DNA of 64,000 nt from the NCBI GenBank assembly GCA_028711705.1, contig JAQTRS010000004.1:9205-73204 (forward strand), in the 5' to 3' direction. This document shows positions 46,745-56,386 of the stretch, in pieces (position 1 is the first letter of the stretch; the number at the start of each line of letters is the position of its first letter). The DNA is from Candidatus Moraniibacteriota bacterium. GTDB taxonomy: Bacteria > Patescibacteriota > Minisyncoccia > Moranbacterales > UBA1568. Below the pieces are notes generated by a model. The model saw only the letters and a list, made by a program, of their open reading frames with translations, was not told where the DNA came from and ran no database searches. The position numbers were made by a program, and so were the translations under genes.

Positions 46745-47662
46745 TTAGTTTCCGGGAACGATGACATCGAATGCTTCCGTTTTCCCATAAGCCTTCGGGC
46801 CGTAATCAAGGCAGTAGTTTTCGATATTATCCTTGAAATAGGGCGGTTTGGACGCCTGAATCTTGCCGGTGATGAAGTAGGTGAGGGCGAGCACGAAGCC
46901 GAAGCTTGCATCCTCGGGCACCTCGATGATAAGGCGGTGATCCGGATGCCCGAAATGCTCGAGAGCCGTTCCGACGCCGATGATAAGCTCTCGCTCCGAC
47001 GGGATGACGAACTTGGCATGCCGAGCGTGACCTTCCGGGAAAGCGCGTAACAAGGAGAACGGTCCGAAAAGCTCATTATTTTTGATATCGAGCATCGGGC
47101 AGATGCTGCCGAATCGGTCGGGCAGGATGAATGAATAGTCATCGTATGCGGAAAAGTTTTCCGGAAGCGTGAGACTCTCGATGAATCGTCTTATCCTTTC
47201 TGTCGACTCCTGGGTGGATGAAAGTACCATGCCTAAGTAGGTGGAGGTGTTGTAGGTATAGGGCTCGGCGATTTTTCGGTAGGCGAATGTCTGATCGGCA
47301 ACCTTGGCGGCGGATGAATCGGCGTTGCAGGTCAGGAGCGTGGTTTTGAGTCCGTACTTCTTGGCAAGCTCCACTTCCCAAACGGAATCCTTTTCGCCGG
47401 AAGCGGAGATGACGATGGCTTGGGTGATGAGGCCTTTGTCGATAGCCGGCCTGTAGGCTTCTATCATCGTGCGGAAATTGCTCTCATCGGCAAAGATGGC
47501 CGCTCTTCCTGAAAAAAGGATGGTGCCGGTATTGTACGCGTTGCCGGATCCGATCACGAAAGGGAAGCTATAGGAATCGAGATCGATTTTCGGCGGTCGA
47601 TTCTGATTGAAGAAGTCAATCGTCTGCAAAACGATTTCGTCTAGGTTGGCGATGGTATTCAT
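46745..47662 (-). CDS. SIS-domain phosphosugar isomerase candidate (archaeal-type bifunctional PGI/PMI-like)
   Basis: VIGSGNAYN and VISASGEKDS resemble the two SIS motifs (GxGxS and SxSGxT/E). 305 aa. Convergent with manC. Confidence 0.4.
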   Translation of the reverse strand: MNTIANLDEIVLQTIDFFNQNRPPKIDLDSYSFPFVIGSGNAYNTGTILFSGRAAIFADESNFRTMIEAYRPAIDKGLITQAIVISASGEKDSVWEVELAKKYGLKTTLLTCNADSSAAKVADQTFAYRKIAEPYTYNTSTYLGMVLSSTQESTERIRRFIESLTLPENFSAYDDYSFILPDRFGSICPMLDIKNNELFGPFSLLRAFPEGHARHAKFVIPSERELIIGVGTALEHFGHPDHRLIIEVPEDASFGFVLALTYFITGKIQASKPPYFKDNIENYCLDYGPKAYGKTEAFDVIVPGN

Positions 47663-47811
47663 ATGAGGTTACTTTAGCGGTTTATGGGCGCATTGTAGCA
47701 CGATAAGGGAAAGCTTGCCACGCGATGTCCATCGGTTGACAGGAGAGGGGCATTCAGATACATTAAGTGTACTAAGAATCGGTAAGGTAAAAAATAACAT
47801 TTTAAAAACAA

Positions 47812-49197
47812 TTGCCTATGTATGCTGTTATCTTGTGCGGCGGTTCCGGAACACGCCTTTGGCCGCTGAGTAGAAAGAACTTCCCGAAGCAATTTTTGAG
47901 CCTCTATAGCGATAAATCCCTTCTTCAGGAGACATACCTGCGTGTCCGCCAGATCATGCCGAGCAATCATATTTTCTTCGTGACCAATAACGAGAATCTT
48001 TTCAATGTGGTCAATCAGATACGCGATATCGATGAGGGCTTCGAGCAGAGCCATGTCCTGATCGAGCCGACCAGCCTCAATACGGCCCCGGCCATCCTCT
48101 ATGCCATGAAGCACCTGATCGACGAGGCGGGCATTTCCGAGGATGTGCCGGTCGCCTTCCTTCCGGCAGACCACTATATCGGGAACAAGGAGGCTTTCGT
48201 GAGCGTACTGCAAAAGGCGGCCGAGAAAGTGGGTGATGCTATCGGGACTATCGGCGTCGTGGCCTCGAAACCGGAAACCGGGTATGGCTATATCAAGCGG
48301 GGCAAGGTGGTGGACGGTTATGCCAAGGCGGATGCATTCAAGGAAAAGCCGGACCGCAAGATTGCGGAAGAGTATGTCGCTTCGGGCAAGTATGACTGGA
48401 ATTCCGGCATGTACATTTTCAATGCCAAGACATTTTTTAGCGAAATCGCGAAACATGCTCCGGAACTTTCTGCTGCCGCAGCCCTGAAGACGGCCGAGTT
48501 TTTGGAAGCATTCAGCACACTTCCGGCACTTTCTATCGATAATGCCCTGTCGGAGAAGTCCGATAAGGTGGTGGTCTTCGAGGGAAGCTTCGATTGGAAC
48601 GATATCGGATCTTTCGACAGTTTGGCGGAAATCGCGGAAACCAATGACTCGATCGAGACGCGCCACATCGAGGTCGATTCCAAGAATGTCTTCGTGCACA
48701 GCACCAGCAATCGCTTGGTGGCGACGCTGGGTGTTGAGGATATCATCGTCATCGAGAATAATGACAGTATCCTGATCCAGAAGCGCGGGCGCAGCGAGGA
48801 CGTGAAGAAATTGGTCGAGAAGATGAAGGCGGATAAGGCGAAAGAACTTGATCACCAGCTGGTCGGTTATCGCCCATGGGGAAGGTATGAGGTGCTTTTG
48901 GACACCCCGACGCATAAGGTGAAAAAGATCATCGTCTATCCCGGCGCGAAGCTTTCCTTGCAGTCGCATTTCCATCGCGCGGAGCACTGGGTAGTGGTGA
49001 GAGGTACCGCCAAGATCGTCAACGGGGAGAAGGAGACCTATCTGAGCGAATCCGAGAGCACCTATGTCCCCAAGACGCACAAGCACCGTTTGGAGAACCC
49101 GGGAAAGGAAATTCTCGAGATTATCGAGGTGCAGACGGGTACGTATCTGGAGGAGGACGATATCGTCCGCTATGATGACCAGTACAATAGGAAATAG
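47812..49197 (+). CDS. manC: mannose-1-phosphate guanylyltransferase / mannose-6-phosphate isomerase (type II PMI-GMP)
   Basis: N-terminal ILCGGSGTRLWPLSR nucleotidyltransferase motif. C-terminal cupin (GAKLSLQSHFHRAEHWVVV). 461 aa. Confidence 0.9.
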   Translation: MPMYAVILCGGSGTRLWPLSRKNFPKQFLSLYSDKSLLQETYLRVRQIMPSNHIFFVTNNENLFNVVNQIRDIDEGFEQSHVLIEPTSLNTAPAILYAMKHLIDEAGISEDVPVAFLPADHYIGNKEAFVSVLQKAAEKVGDAIGTIGVVASKPETGYGYIKRGKVVDGYAKADAFKEKPDRKIAEEYVASGKYDWNSGMYIFNAKTFFSEIAKHAPELSAAAALKTAEFLEAFSTLPALSIDNALSEKSDKVVVFEGSFDWNDIGSFDSLAEIAETNDSIETRHIEVDSKNVFVHSTSNRLVATLGVEDIIVIENNDSILIQKRGRSEDVKKLVEKMKADKAKELDHQLVGYRPWGRYEVLLDTPTHKVKKIIVYPGAKLSLQSHFHRAEHWVVVRGTAKIVNGEKETYLSESESTYVPKTHKHRLENPGKEILEIIEVQTGTYLEEDDIVRYDDQYNRK

Positions 49198-49225
49198 GCG
49201 TTTTTTGGCTTAAATAAGTAACCCG

Positions 49226-49254
49226 TTGACTTTTATAGGAGGCTGTGCTATACT
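49226..49254 (+). promoter_or_regulatory. sigma70 promoter TTGACT-N17-TGCTATACT for tRNA-Leu
   Basis: TTGACT at 49226-49231. TATACT at 49249-49254 with TGn. A GGAGAGGCG/CGCCTCTCC hairpin lies between promoter and tRNA. Confidence 0.55.
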
Positions 49255-49325
49255 CCTATAAAGTGTTTTCTTGTCTTCTCGGAGAGGCGGTTCGTTCAGA
49301 CGTTCGCCTCTCCGGGAGAGGATTT

Positions 49326-49409
49326 GCCTTGATGGCGGAATTGGTATACGCGCTCGCTTCAGGTGCGAGTTCTCGAAAGGGATTGGGAGTTCGAGTCTCC
49401 CTCAAGGCA
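49326..49409 (+). tRNA. tRNA-Leu (anticodon CAG), class II
   Basis: Acceptor GCCTTGA/TCAAGGC. Anticodon stem CTCGC/GCGAG with loop TTCAGGT. Long variable arm. T-arm GGGAG-TTCGAGT-CTCCC. Discriminator A. Confidence 0.85.
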
Positions 49410-49414
49410 CTTTG

Positions 49415-49451
49415 GAAACAGGGATTGAGAGCCTGTTTGTGATCTTTTTTC
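49415..49451 (+). terminator. rho-independent terminator after tRNA-Leu (AAACAGG...CCTGTTT plus T-tract)
   Basis: 7-bp stem with 8-nt loop, followed by GATCTTTTTTC. Confidence 0.55.
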
Positions 49452-49819
49452 TCATGGAAAGTCTGAGTCCTAGCGCTCAAGTATTCAAATCTTGGTAGGT
49501 TATTGTGGAGTAACCTTTCTCAATTTGTATGTTTTTCGTTCAGGATTCACGCTTCGTTTCAAGCAAAAGAGGTTATGAACAGTTTCTCACTGTGAATAGC
49601 AGTGCAAGAAGATCGTTTTTCGTATCGGGGGGTCGACATGCTTCGAGGGGAAAGGACCTATCTTCAGTTGTTCACGTGTTAACCAAACCTGTTGGATGGA
49701 ATCTTTTGTAGGTTCCCCTCAACGGTAATTAAGTAAGTATAAGTAAAATAGTTTCATTCCGATGACGCAGCCCGCTTTGTGCGTGATGCGCAGAGGATTG
49801 AAAATAGAGAAGAAAATAT

Positions 49820-51997
49820 ATGTTTAGAAGTACACATCGGAACGATAATCGTTCTTTTAGAAAGAACGATGCATCCGTTCCAAAGCCAAATAACGGAAGG
49901 GATTCGAGCGAAGCGTTTTTTGACAATCTCATTTCCAAGCGTGCCGAGGCGTTTCCTCGCGCCAATCAGTCGGATGCGAAGACAGTATCACATGGGCCAG
50001 CTCCTGCCTCGCCGCAATCTCAGGGGCGAAGCGGTTTTAATGGTGCTCCGCGTAGCCGCTTCCAGGGAAGGGGTCCGCAGCATCCGGCAACTCCTGCAGC
50101 GAACCATGCTCCGCAGTCAGCGCAGCCACGAAGCGCGGCAGCGATAGTACAGAGCCTCAAGTCGCTCAATAAGACGAAGTACGAGGATATCCCGGCGCTT
50201 TCATTTGAGCCGGACAAAAAGTTCTCTTCACCGCGCACCCCTCAGCATGCTCCTCGTCCAGCGCGTCCGGAAGGCTATAGCGCTCCGCAGGTCATCTCAT
50301 CCAGGAAACCGATGACGCTCGGCACCGGCAAGAAGAAGTTGCGCATTATCCCTGTCGGAGGACAGGAGGAGGTGGGTCGCAATATGACTATCTTCGAATA
50401 TGAAAACGATATTGTCATCGTGGATATGGGGCTTCAGTTCGGAGAAGAAGATATGCCGGGTATCGATTACATCGTGCCGAATGTGAGCTATCTGCGCGGC
50501 AAAGAGCATTTGATCCGCGGCGTTATCTTTACGCACGGACACCTCGATCATATCGGTGCCGCACCGATTCTGTTACGCCAGCTCAACTATCCGACCATCA
50601 TCGGTCGCGATTTCACCCTGGCTTTGATCAAGCACAAGGTGGATGATCAGGAACGGGGAGCCGCTTCCCGCTTGAAGATGATCCGTGTCAAGACGCTCGA
50701 TGACGTCATGAAGCTCGGTATCTTTACCGTCAAGTTCTTCGAGGTTGAGCACTCCATCATGGATGCTATCGGTATCACGCTCGAGACGCCGGTCGGAACC
50801 GTTATCCACATGGGTGACTGGACCATCAGCAATGAGCCGATCGATCCGCATCCGCTCAGCTACGAGCATTTGGCGCTTTTGCCGAAGCCGACTTTCCTCA
50901 TGCTGGAGAGCTTGGGCGCCATCAAGTCGGGGCTTCCGCCATCTGAGACGAAGGTGCATGAGAATTTCCAGAAGCTCTTGAAAGATGCTCCGGGACGTCT
51001 CATTATCGCGACGTTCGCCTCGCAGGTGCGCCGTATCAGTTACATCCTGGAATATGCCGAACAGCTCGGAAAGAAAGTGGCCCTTGAAGGATACAGCATG
51101 AAGAATAATATCGAAATCGCCAAAGAGCTCGGGTATATCAAGGTCAAGCCGGACACCTTCATCACCACCAATGAGATCCACAAGTATCCGGATAAACAGG
51201 TGGTCGTCATCTGTACGGGCGCGCAAGGCGAGCTCAATGCCGCCCTGTCCCGCATCGTGACGGACAATCATCGCTTCATCAAATTGCAGCGCACCGACAC
51301 GGTCGTCTTCTCATCTTCGGCTATCCCGGGCAATGAGCGCAGCGTACAGCGTTTGAAGGACAATCTCTATCGAAAGTGCGAGAACGTGATTCACAGCGAT
51401 GTGATGGATATCCATATCAGCGGACACAGCACCGCTTCCGGTATCGTCGAGATGCTCCGTCAGGTCAAGCCGACCTATTTCTTGCCGGTCTATGGCAATC
51501 ACTTCTTCCTCAAAGAAGCTGCCAAGCTCGCGTATAAGAACGGCTATTCCCCGAACAATGTTTTCGTTTTGGATAACGGACATGTCTTGGAATGCGATGG
51601 ACAGACGGCCAAGATTTTGCCGAAGAAGATCGACTCGAGCTATGTCTTTGTGGATGGGCTCGGCATCGGCGATATCGGGCACGTGGTGCTTCGCGATCGT
51701 CAGATGCTTTCCCAGGACGGCATGATCGCTATCACCGTACTCGTCGATCATAAGTCGAAAAAGGTGATCGGCAATGTGCAGATTACGTCCCGCGGATTCA
51801 TCCACGTCAAGGAAAACTTCGATCTCGTCAATGAGACCAAGCGCAAGGTGCTCAAGGTGGTGAAAGACAACACCTCCAAGGACACCTCTATAGACTGGAG
51901 AACCGTCGAAAACGCCATCCGCGAAGTCGTCGGACAATTCCTCTTCACCAAGACCGAGCGCCGCCCTATGGTGCTGCCAGTCGTGATCGAGGTGTAA
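49820..51997 (+). CDS. rnj: ribonuclease J (metallo-beta-lactamase/beta-CASP) with a roughly 170-aa low-complexity N-terminal extension
   Basis: HGHLDHIG motif. Beta-CASP and C-terminal domains. 725 aa, of which the first ~170 are R/S/P/Q/A-rich without hydrophobic core. Confidence 0.9.
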   Translation: MFRSTHRNDNRSFRKNDASVPKPNNGRDSSEAFFDNLISKRAEAFPRANQSDAKTVSHGPAPASPQSQGRSGFNGAPRSRFQGRGPQHPATPAANHAPQSAQPRSAAAIVQSLKSLNKTKYEDIPALSFEPDKKFSSPRTPQHAPRPARPEGYSAPQVISSRKPMTLGTGKKKLRIIPVGGQEEVGRNMTIFEYENDIVIVDMGLQFGEEDMPGIDYIVPNVSYLRGKEHLIRGVIFTHGHLDHIGAAPILLRQLNYPTIIGRDFTLALIKHKVDDQERGAASRLKMIRVKTLDDVMKLGIFTVKFFEVEHSIMDAIGITLETPVGTVIHMGDWTISNEPIDPHPLSYEHLALLPKPTFLMLESLGAIKSGLPPSETKVHENFQKLLKDAPGRLIIATFASQVRRISYILEYAEQLGKKVALEGYSMKNNIEIAKELGYIKVKPDTFITTNEIHKYPDKQVVVICTGAQGELNAALSRIVTDNHRFIKLQRTDTVVFSSSAIPGNERSVQRLKDNLYRKCENVIHSDVMDIHISGHSTASGIVEMLRQVKPTYFLPVYGNHFFLKEAAKLAYKNGYSPNNVFVLDNGHVLECDGQTAKILPKKIDSSYVFVDGLGIGDIGHVVLRDRQMLSQDGMIAITVLVDHKSKKVIGNVQITSRGFIHVKENFDLVNETKRKVLKVVKDNTSKDTSIDWRTVENAIREVVGQFLFTKTERRPMVLPVVIEV

Positions 51998-52058
51998 GTC
52001 CCGCTTCTCTCGAAAATGCCCCGGCTTCAGCTGGGGCATTTTGTGTTATGATACAACT

Positions 52059-52385
52059 ATGAAAAATATATCAGCAGAGGAGTTTAAGGAAGTCCTCTGC
52101 AAAGAACATGGCAACAGACCGCTGGTGGTCGATGTGCGGACGGCGGAGGAGTATCGGGAGATGCGTATTCCGCATGCGGTCAATATGCCGTTGGATGAGA
52201 TGGAAAAATATGCCGAAACGCTGCGCCCGTACGATATCGTGTATGTGCATTGCCGAAGCGGACACCGGAGCGTGCGAGCATGCGAGGTATTGGAATTTTT
52301 AGGCCTTGCCAATCTCGCGAATGTCTTAGGCGGTATCGAGGCATGGGAGCGTATCGGAGGGGATATCGTTTACGGCGAGGCATGA
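52059..52385 (+). CDS. rhodanese-like domain protein
   Basis: Active-site loop CRSGHRS. About 110 aa. Confidence 0.8.
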   Translation: MKNISAEEFKEVLCKEHGNRPLVVDVRTAEEYREMRIPHAVNMPLDEMEKYAETLRPYDIVYVHCRSGHRSVRACEVLEFLGLANLANVLGGIEAWERIGGDIVYGEA

Positions 52386-52617
52386 TAGCAGCGTATAAAA
52401 AATACCTACCGAGAGGCAGGTATTTTTGAAGATTTCTTGCAATTGAAAGCCCTCAATGCGAGAGAGACGTATGATTCCCAGAAAATATATCAACGGAAAA
52501 AATAATTTTCCCTGAGCTACAGGTGGGATTCAACTTTTCGAATCTCTTTTCTGAAGGCTTCCACATACAGTATAGCACAAGTGTATTTGCGTGCAATATG
52601 CGTGCGGGATATTTGAG

Positions 52618-53955
52618 CTATCCGCGGATGATCGCGAGCAGCTCGTCGCGCTTTGCTTTCATAAGTTCTTTAGTGTCGGCTTCCATATTGAGGCGCAAGA
52701 GCGGCTCGGTGTTAGAGGGGCGGACATTGAACCACCACGTCGGGTATTCGACTTTCAGGCCGTCGAGCTCATGTATCTTGCCGTCGGCGTATTTTTCCTT
52801 GAGTGTTGCGAGAATAGCGTCTTTATCCTGCACGTCGCTGTTGATTTCGCCCGAGTGGAAATAGCGCTTGAGGTCTTGTGAGAGTTCGGACATTTTCTTT
52901 CCGGTTTCCGTCATGAGGTTGAGGAGGATGAGGGATGCGAGCGATCCGGCTTCCGCGAAGGAATTTTCTTGGAAGTAATAGTGCCCGGAGAGCTCACCGG
53001 CAAACAGGGCGCCGTCTTCACGCATCTGCTTTTTGATATTGGAGTGACCCACCTTGCACTCGCGCGCGATACCGCCGTTTTCTTCGATGACTTCCTTGAC
53101 GGCCTTAGAGGAACGCAAATCGTAGAGGATAGTTGCGCCGGCATTCTTGCGGAGCAGTTCCTTGGCGAGCATGCCGGTCGCGAAATCCATGGGGATGATC
53201 TCACCTTTCTCATCGACGAAACCGACACGGTCGGCGTCACCGTCATAGGCGATGCCCAGGTCGGCGCCGATCTCGACGACTTTTTTCTGGAGTTCTTCGA
53301 GGGTGTCCAATCGGAGCGGGTTGGCTTCGTGCGCGGAGAACGGGTGCTCCAGATCGTCATAGAGCGTTACGAGTTTGAGATTGCTCGGGAAGCGCTTATA
53401 GACTTCGAGCTCGAGTACACCCATGGCGTTGGCGGTGTCGACGACGATGGTGAACTGTTTGTCCTCAAGGTGCGCGAAGGATGCGAAGTAGTCGTAGTAC
53501 TCTGGCTTGATGTCCTGTGCGGAAAGGGTGCCTTTTTCGGCAACTTCTTCGAATTCCCCCTTGAGCGCGAGGTCTCGGATATCGTTGAGGCCGCTGTTCT
53601 CTCCGACTGGCACCGCGTTTTTGAGTGCGAATTTCATCCCGTTGTATTGCGGGGGATTGTGGGAAGCGGTGACGGAAATGACCATGTCCGCTTCTGCTAC
53701 TTTCCAGGCAGCGAAATAGACCATAGGGGTCGTGAGGACACCCAGGTCGATAACATTGCAGCCGGCGTCCATAATGCCTCGCGACAATTCAGCGAACAGC
53801 GCCGGGCTGGATTCTCGCGCATCTCTCCCGATAGCGATGGTCTTGGTATTGAAAGCAGCGACCGCCGCACGGCCGATAGCATAGACAGTCTCTTCGTCGA
53901 TCTCGCTCGGATAGACACCCCGGATATCATAGGCCTTGAAAATGGATGCGTTCAT
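52618..53955 (-). CDS. phosphomannomutase/phosphoglucomutase (alpha-D-phosphohexomutase family)
   Basis: FKAYDIRGV N-terminus (PMM/PGM type rather than GlmM). TASHNP phosphoserine loop. Metal-binding DGDADR. GEESG-like sugar-binding loop. 445 aa. Confidence 0.85.
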   Translation of the reverse strand: MNASIFKAYDIRGVYPSEIDEETVYAIGRAAVAAFNTKTIAIGRDARESSPALFAELSRGIMDAGCNVIDLGVLTTPMVYFAAWKVAEADMVISVTASHNPPQYNGMKFALKNAVPVGENSGLNDIRDLALKGEFEEVAEKGTLSAQDIKPEYYDYFASFAHLEDKQFTIVVDTANAMGVLELEVYKRFPSNLKLVTLYDDLEHPFSAHEANPLRLDTLEELQKKVVEIGADLGIAYDGDADRVGFVDEKGEIIPMDFATGMLAKELLRKNAGATILYDLRSSKAVKEVIEENGGIARECKVGHSNIKKQMREDGALFAGELSGHYYFQENSFAEAGSLASLILLNLMTETGKKMSELSQDLKRYFHSGEINSDVQDKDAILATLKEKYADGKIHELDGLKVEYPTWWFNVRPSNTEPLLRLNMEADTKELMKAKRDELLAIIRG

Positions 53956-54187
53956 AGTGGTTTTCCTACGGATTGAATTATGCTTCTATGCGAATTGTAG
54001 CAAAAAGTCCTTCTTTCGGGTAGTTTGCTTTTCGCTAGAGTATGGCATAGTATGGTTCTACGGTCCTGAAATCATTGACGGGTAGCAGCATATATGCCAT
54101 TATGTCGTTTCGGGCAGCATCAGGGTTTTGCTCGAAAAAACGGTCATCTGTTCATTGTAAAACGAGAGGAGTCTTTTGGAGGCTATT

Positions 54188-54400
54188 ATGAACAAAAAAC
54201 AAAGAAGGGATAATGCCTGTGCCCCCTGTATTTTTGCGGCAGCGGTGTTGTTGATCGCCTGTGTCGGATTTTCCATCGCGTCGGTGGTGAAGAATGAGAG
54301 TGTGATTGATCTTATGCCATTGATACGGAGCTATATTCGATATCAGCACGAAGGAGCGATTCATAAGGCACAGGTTTTGTTACCAAGCTCAACGAGGTGA
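54188..54400 (+). CDS. hypothetical small membrane protein
   Basis: GGAGG RBS. Single TM (CIFAAAVLLIACVGFSIA). 70 aa. Confidence 0.35.
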   Translation: MNKKQRRDNACAPCIFAAAVLLIACVGFSIASVVKNESVIDLMPLIRSYIRYQHEGAIHKAQVLLPSSTR

Positions 54401-54595
54401 TGCGAAAAATTTTTGCGAATAAATGAAAGAGGAGCCTTTTTCATGTATCAAAAAGGCTCTGGAGAGGGAATAAAAACGACGAAGAATACATAAGAACCGG
54501 GAAGTATGAAGTATGCGACTCGGTTTTTGATTGGACGAAATGTTGCTTTTCCGCTAGGATGGAGTGTAATCGGAATATATATTAATACTACTTCT

Positions 54596-55648
54596 ATGGC
54601 TTTGAAAGTTGGAATCGTGGGGTTGCCGAATGTGGGGAAATCGACCCTGTTTAAGGTGTTGACACGGAAAGCTGTGGATATTAACAACTATCCGTTCTGT
54701 ACCATCGAGCCCAATGTGGGTATCGTCGAGGTGCCGGATGCCCGTCTGCAGAAGCTTTCGGATATGTCGCAGACGAAGAAGATCGTGCCGGCCGTGGTGG
54801 AATTCGTGGATATCGCCGGATTGGTGAAGGGGGCTAGCCAGGGCGAAGGATTGGGGAATAAGTTTTTGGCTAATATCCGCGAGGTGGATGCGATCGTACA
54901 GGTGGTGCGCTTGTTTGAGAATCCCAATATCATCCATGTGCACAATAAGGTGGATGGCGAGCATGATATCGAAATTATCAATACCGAGCTTATTTTGGCG
55001 GATATGGAGACGATCGCGAAGCGCAAAGTCCGCAGTATCAAGGAGGTGCGGGCCGGCAACAAGGAGGCGATCGCACAGTTTGCGGTGCTTGAGGCATTGG
55101 AGTCCGGATTGGAGAAGGGGATGCTGGCCAATACGGTTGAGGTGAATATGCAGGATGAGGCCGTCAAAAAACTCATGATCGAATTATCGCTTTTGACCGC
55201 GAAGCCGTTCTTGTATGTCTATAATATGTCGGACCTTGAGGCGACGCTCCCGACGCACCTTGAGGAGAAGCCGTGTGTGCGGCTGGATATCAAGATCGAG
55301 GAGGAGCTGATGGACATGAGCGAGGAGGACAAGCAGGAATTGGAACTGGTCTCTCATATCGATGATTTGATCCGCAAGGCCTATTCCTTGCTTGGACTCA
55401 TGACATTTTTTACGACGGGCGTGCAGGAGACGCGTGCCTGGACGATTCATCAGGGATCGACGGCGCCGCAGGCGGGGGCTGCCATTCACAGCGACTTCGA
55501 GGATAAGTTCATCCGGGCCGAGGTAATCCATTGGGAGGAATTGCTTGAGGCCGGTTCCTGGGCCAAGGCCCGCGAAATAGGCAAGCTCCGCCTTGAGGGC
55601 AAGGACTATATCGTCAAGGATGGCGATGTGATGATCTTCAAAGTGTAG
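54596..55648 (+). CDS. ychF: ribosome-binding ATPase YchF (Obg-family GTPase)
   Basis: G1 GLPNVGKST. Coiled-coil insert. C-terminal TGS domain (TFFTTGVQETRAWT...). Confidence 0.9.
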   Translation: MALKVGIVGLPNVGKSTLFKVLTRKAVDINNYPFCTIEPNVGIVEVPDARLQKLSDMSQTKKIVPAVVEFVDIAGLVKGASQGEGLGNKFLANIREVDAIVQVVRLFENPNIIHVHNKVDGEHDIEIINTELILADMETIAKRKVRSIKEVRAGNKEAIAQFAVLEALESGLEKGMLANTVEVNMQDEAVKKLMIELSLLTAKPFLYVYNMSDLEATLPTHLEEKPCVRLDIKIEEELMDMSEEDKQELELVSHIDDLIRKAYSLLGLMTFFTTGVQETRAWTIHQGSTAPQAGAAIHSDFEDKFIRAEVIHWEELLEAGSWAKAREIGKLRLEGKDYIVKDGDVMIFKV

Positions 55649-55854
55649 ACGACAGCAGGGTAAAAGGCACATCAAACATTTTTCACGACCTTCTCGAGTA
55701 CTCCAACGGTCGTAAAAAATGTTTGATGTGCCTTTTATGTGGGGAAAGGTGAGGGAGCTGCTGTGAGGAAAATTTTTTCTCCTGGTTGCATGACGGCTTG
55801 TTTATGGTATGCTTGAGGCAGAAAGGGTGCATTAATTCGTTATTCTCATATGGT

Positions 55855-56376
55855 ATGGACATAAAAAAGGATTGGTCCTTGCGATTGGCGATTGCGTTGC
55901 CTTTGGCGATGATCGTTTTCGTGGCGGCGAGTATCTATATCCCGAGGTTCTTCGCGCCCAAGCCCGCGTATGGGTTCGTGTATGTGGCCAACGATACGAG
56001 CAAGGGCTATTTCATACCGGAGTATGCCTTACGCATTGTCGATGGTCAGCTGGTAAAGGAGCCGACACAGCGGGATGAATCGGTACCGACGAATATGAAG
56101 CAGCAGTATGCCGAGCCTCATCTGTACCGATACGATAGCGCGACCGAAGAAAGCACGAGCATCACTTTCGAGGAAGCGGCGCAATTGAAGCTTGATGATC
56201 GATCGAAGTCCCCTGATGGGTTCGAGGTTTCCCAAGGCGGCGGATATGACGGCCCGTTCGGTGGAAGCTCTGAACCGGCCTTGTATCTGGTGGGGCATTT
56301 TGTGAGTCAGAAGCTCGATCTGCGCGGAGCTACCAATGTCTATGACTTCGAATTTATCGGCTGGGTCATCGAATAA
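55855..56376 (+). CDS. hypothetical membrane-anchored protein
   Basis: N-terminal TM (LAIALPLAMIVFVAASIYIP). About 173 aa. Confidence 0.45.
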   Translation: MDIKKDWSLRLAIALPLAMIVFVAASIYIPRFFAPKPAYGFVYVANDTSKGYFIPEYALRIVDGQLVKEPTQRDESVPTNMKQQYAEPHLYRYDSATEESTSITFEEAAQLKLDDRSKSPDGFEVSQGGGYDGPFGGSSEPALYLVGHFVSQKLDLRGATNVYDFEFIGWVIE

Positions 56377-56386
56377 CTATACATCT

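Noticed and set aside
47674-49086. 470-aa minus-strand ORF overlapping manC
   Set aside because: Antisense shadow. The manC frame has nucleotidyltransferase and cupin motifs.
49452-49819. tmRNA or RNase P RNA in the non-coding stretch after tRNA-Leu
   Set aside because: No tRNA-like acceptor/T-arm pairing at the ends, no GGAAAGTCCGGGCTCC-type RNase P signature and no resume-codon/tag ORF. Left as an unexplained leader/ncRNA candidate only.
52969-53976. 335-aa plus-strand ORF overlapping the phosphomannomutase gene
   Set aside because: Antisense to a gene with the TASHNP active-site loop.
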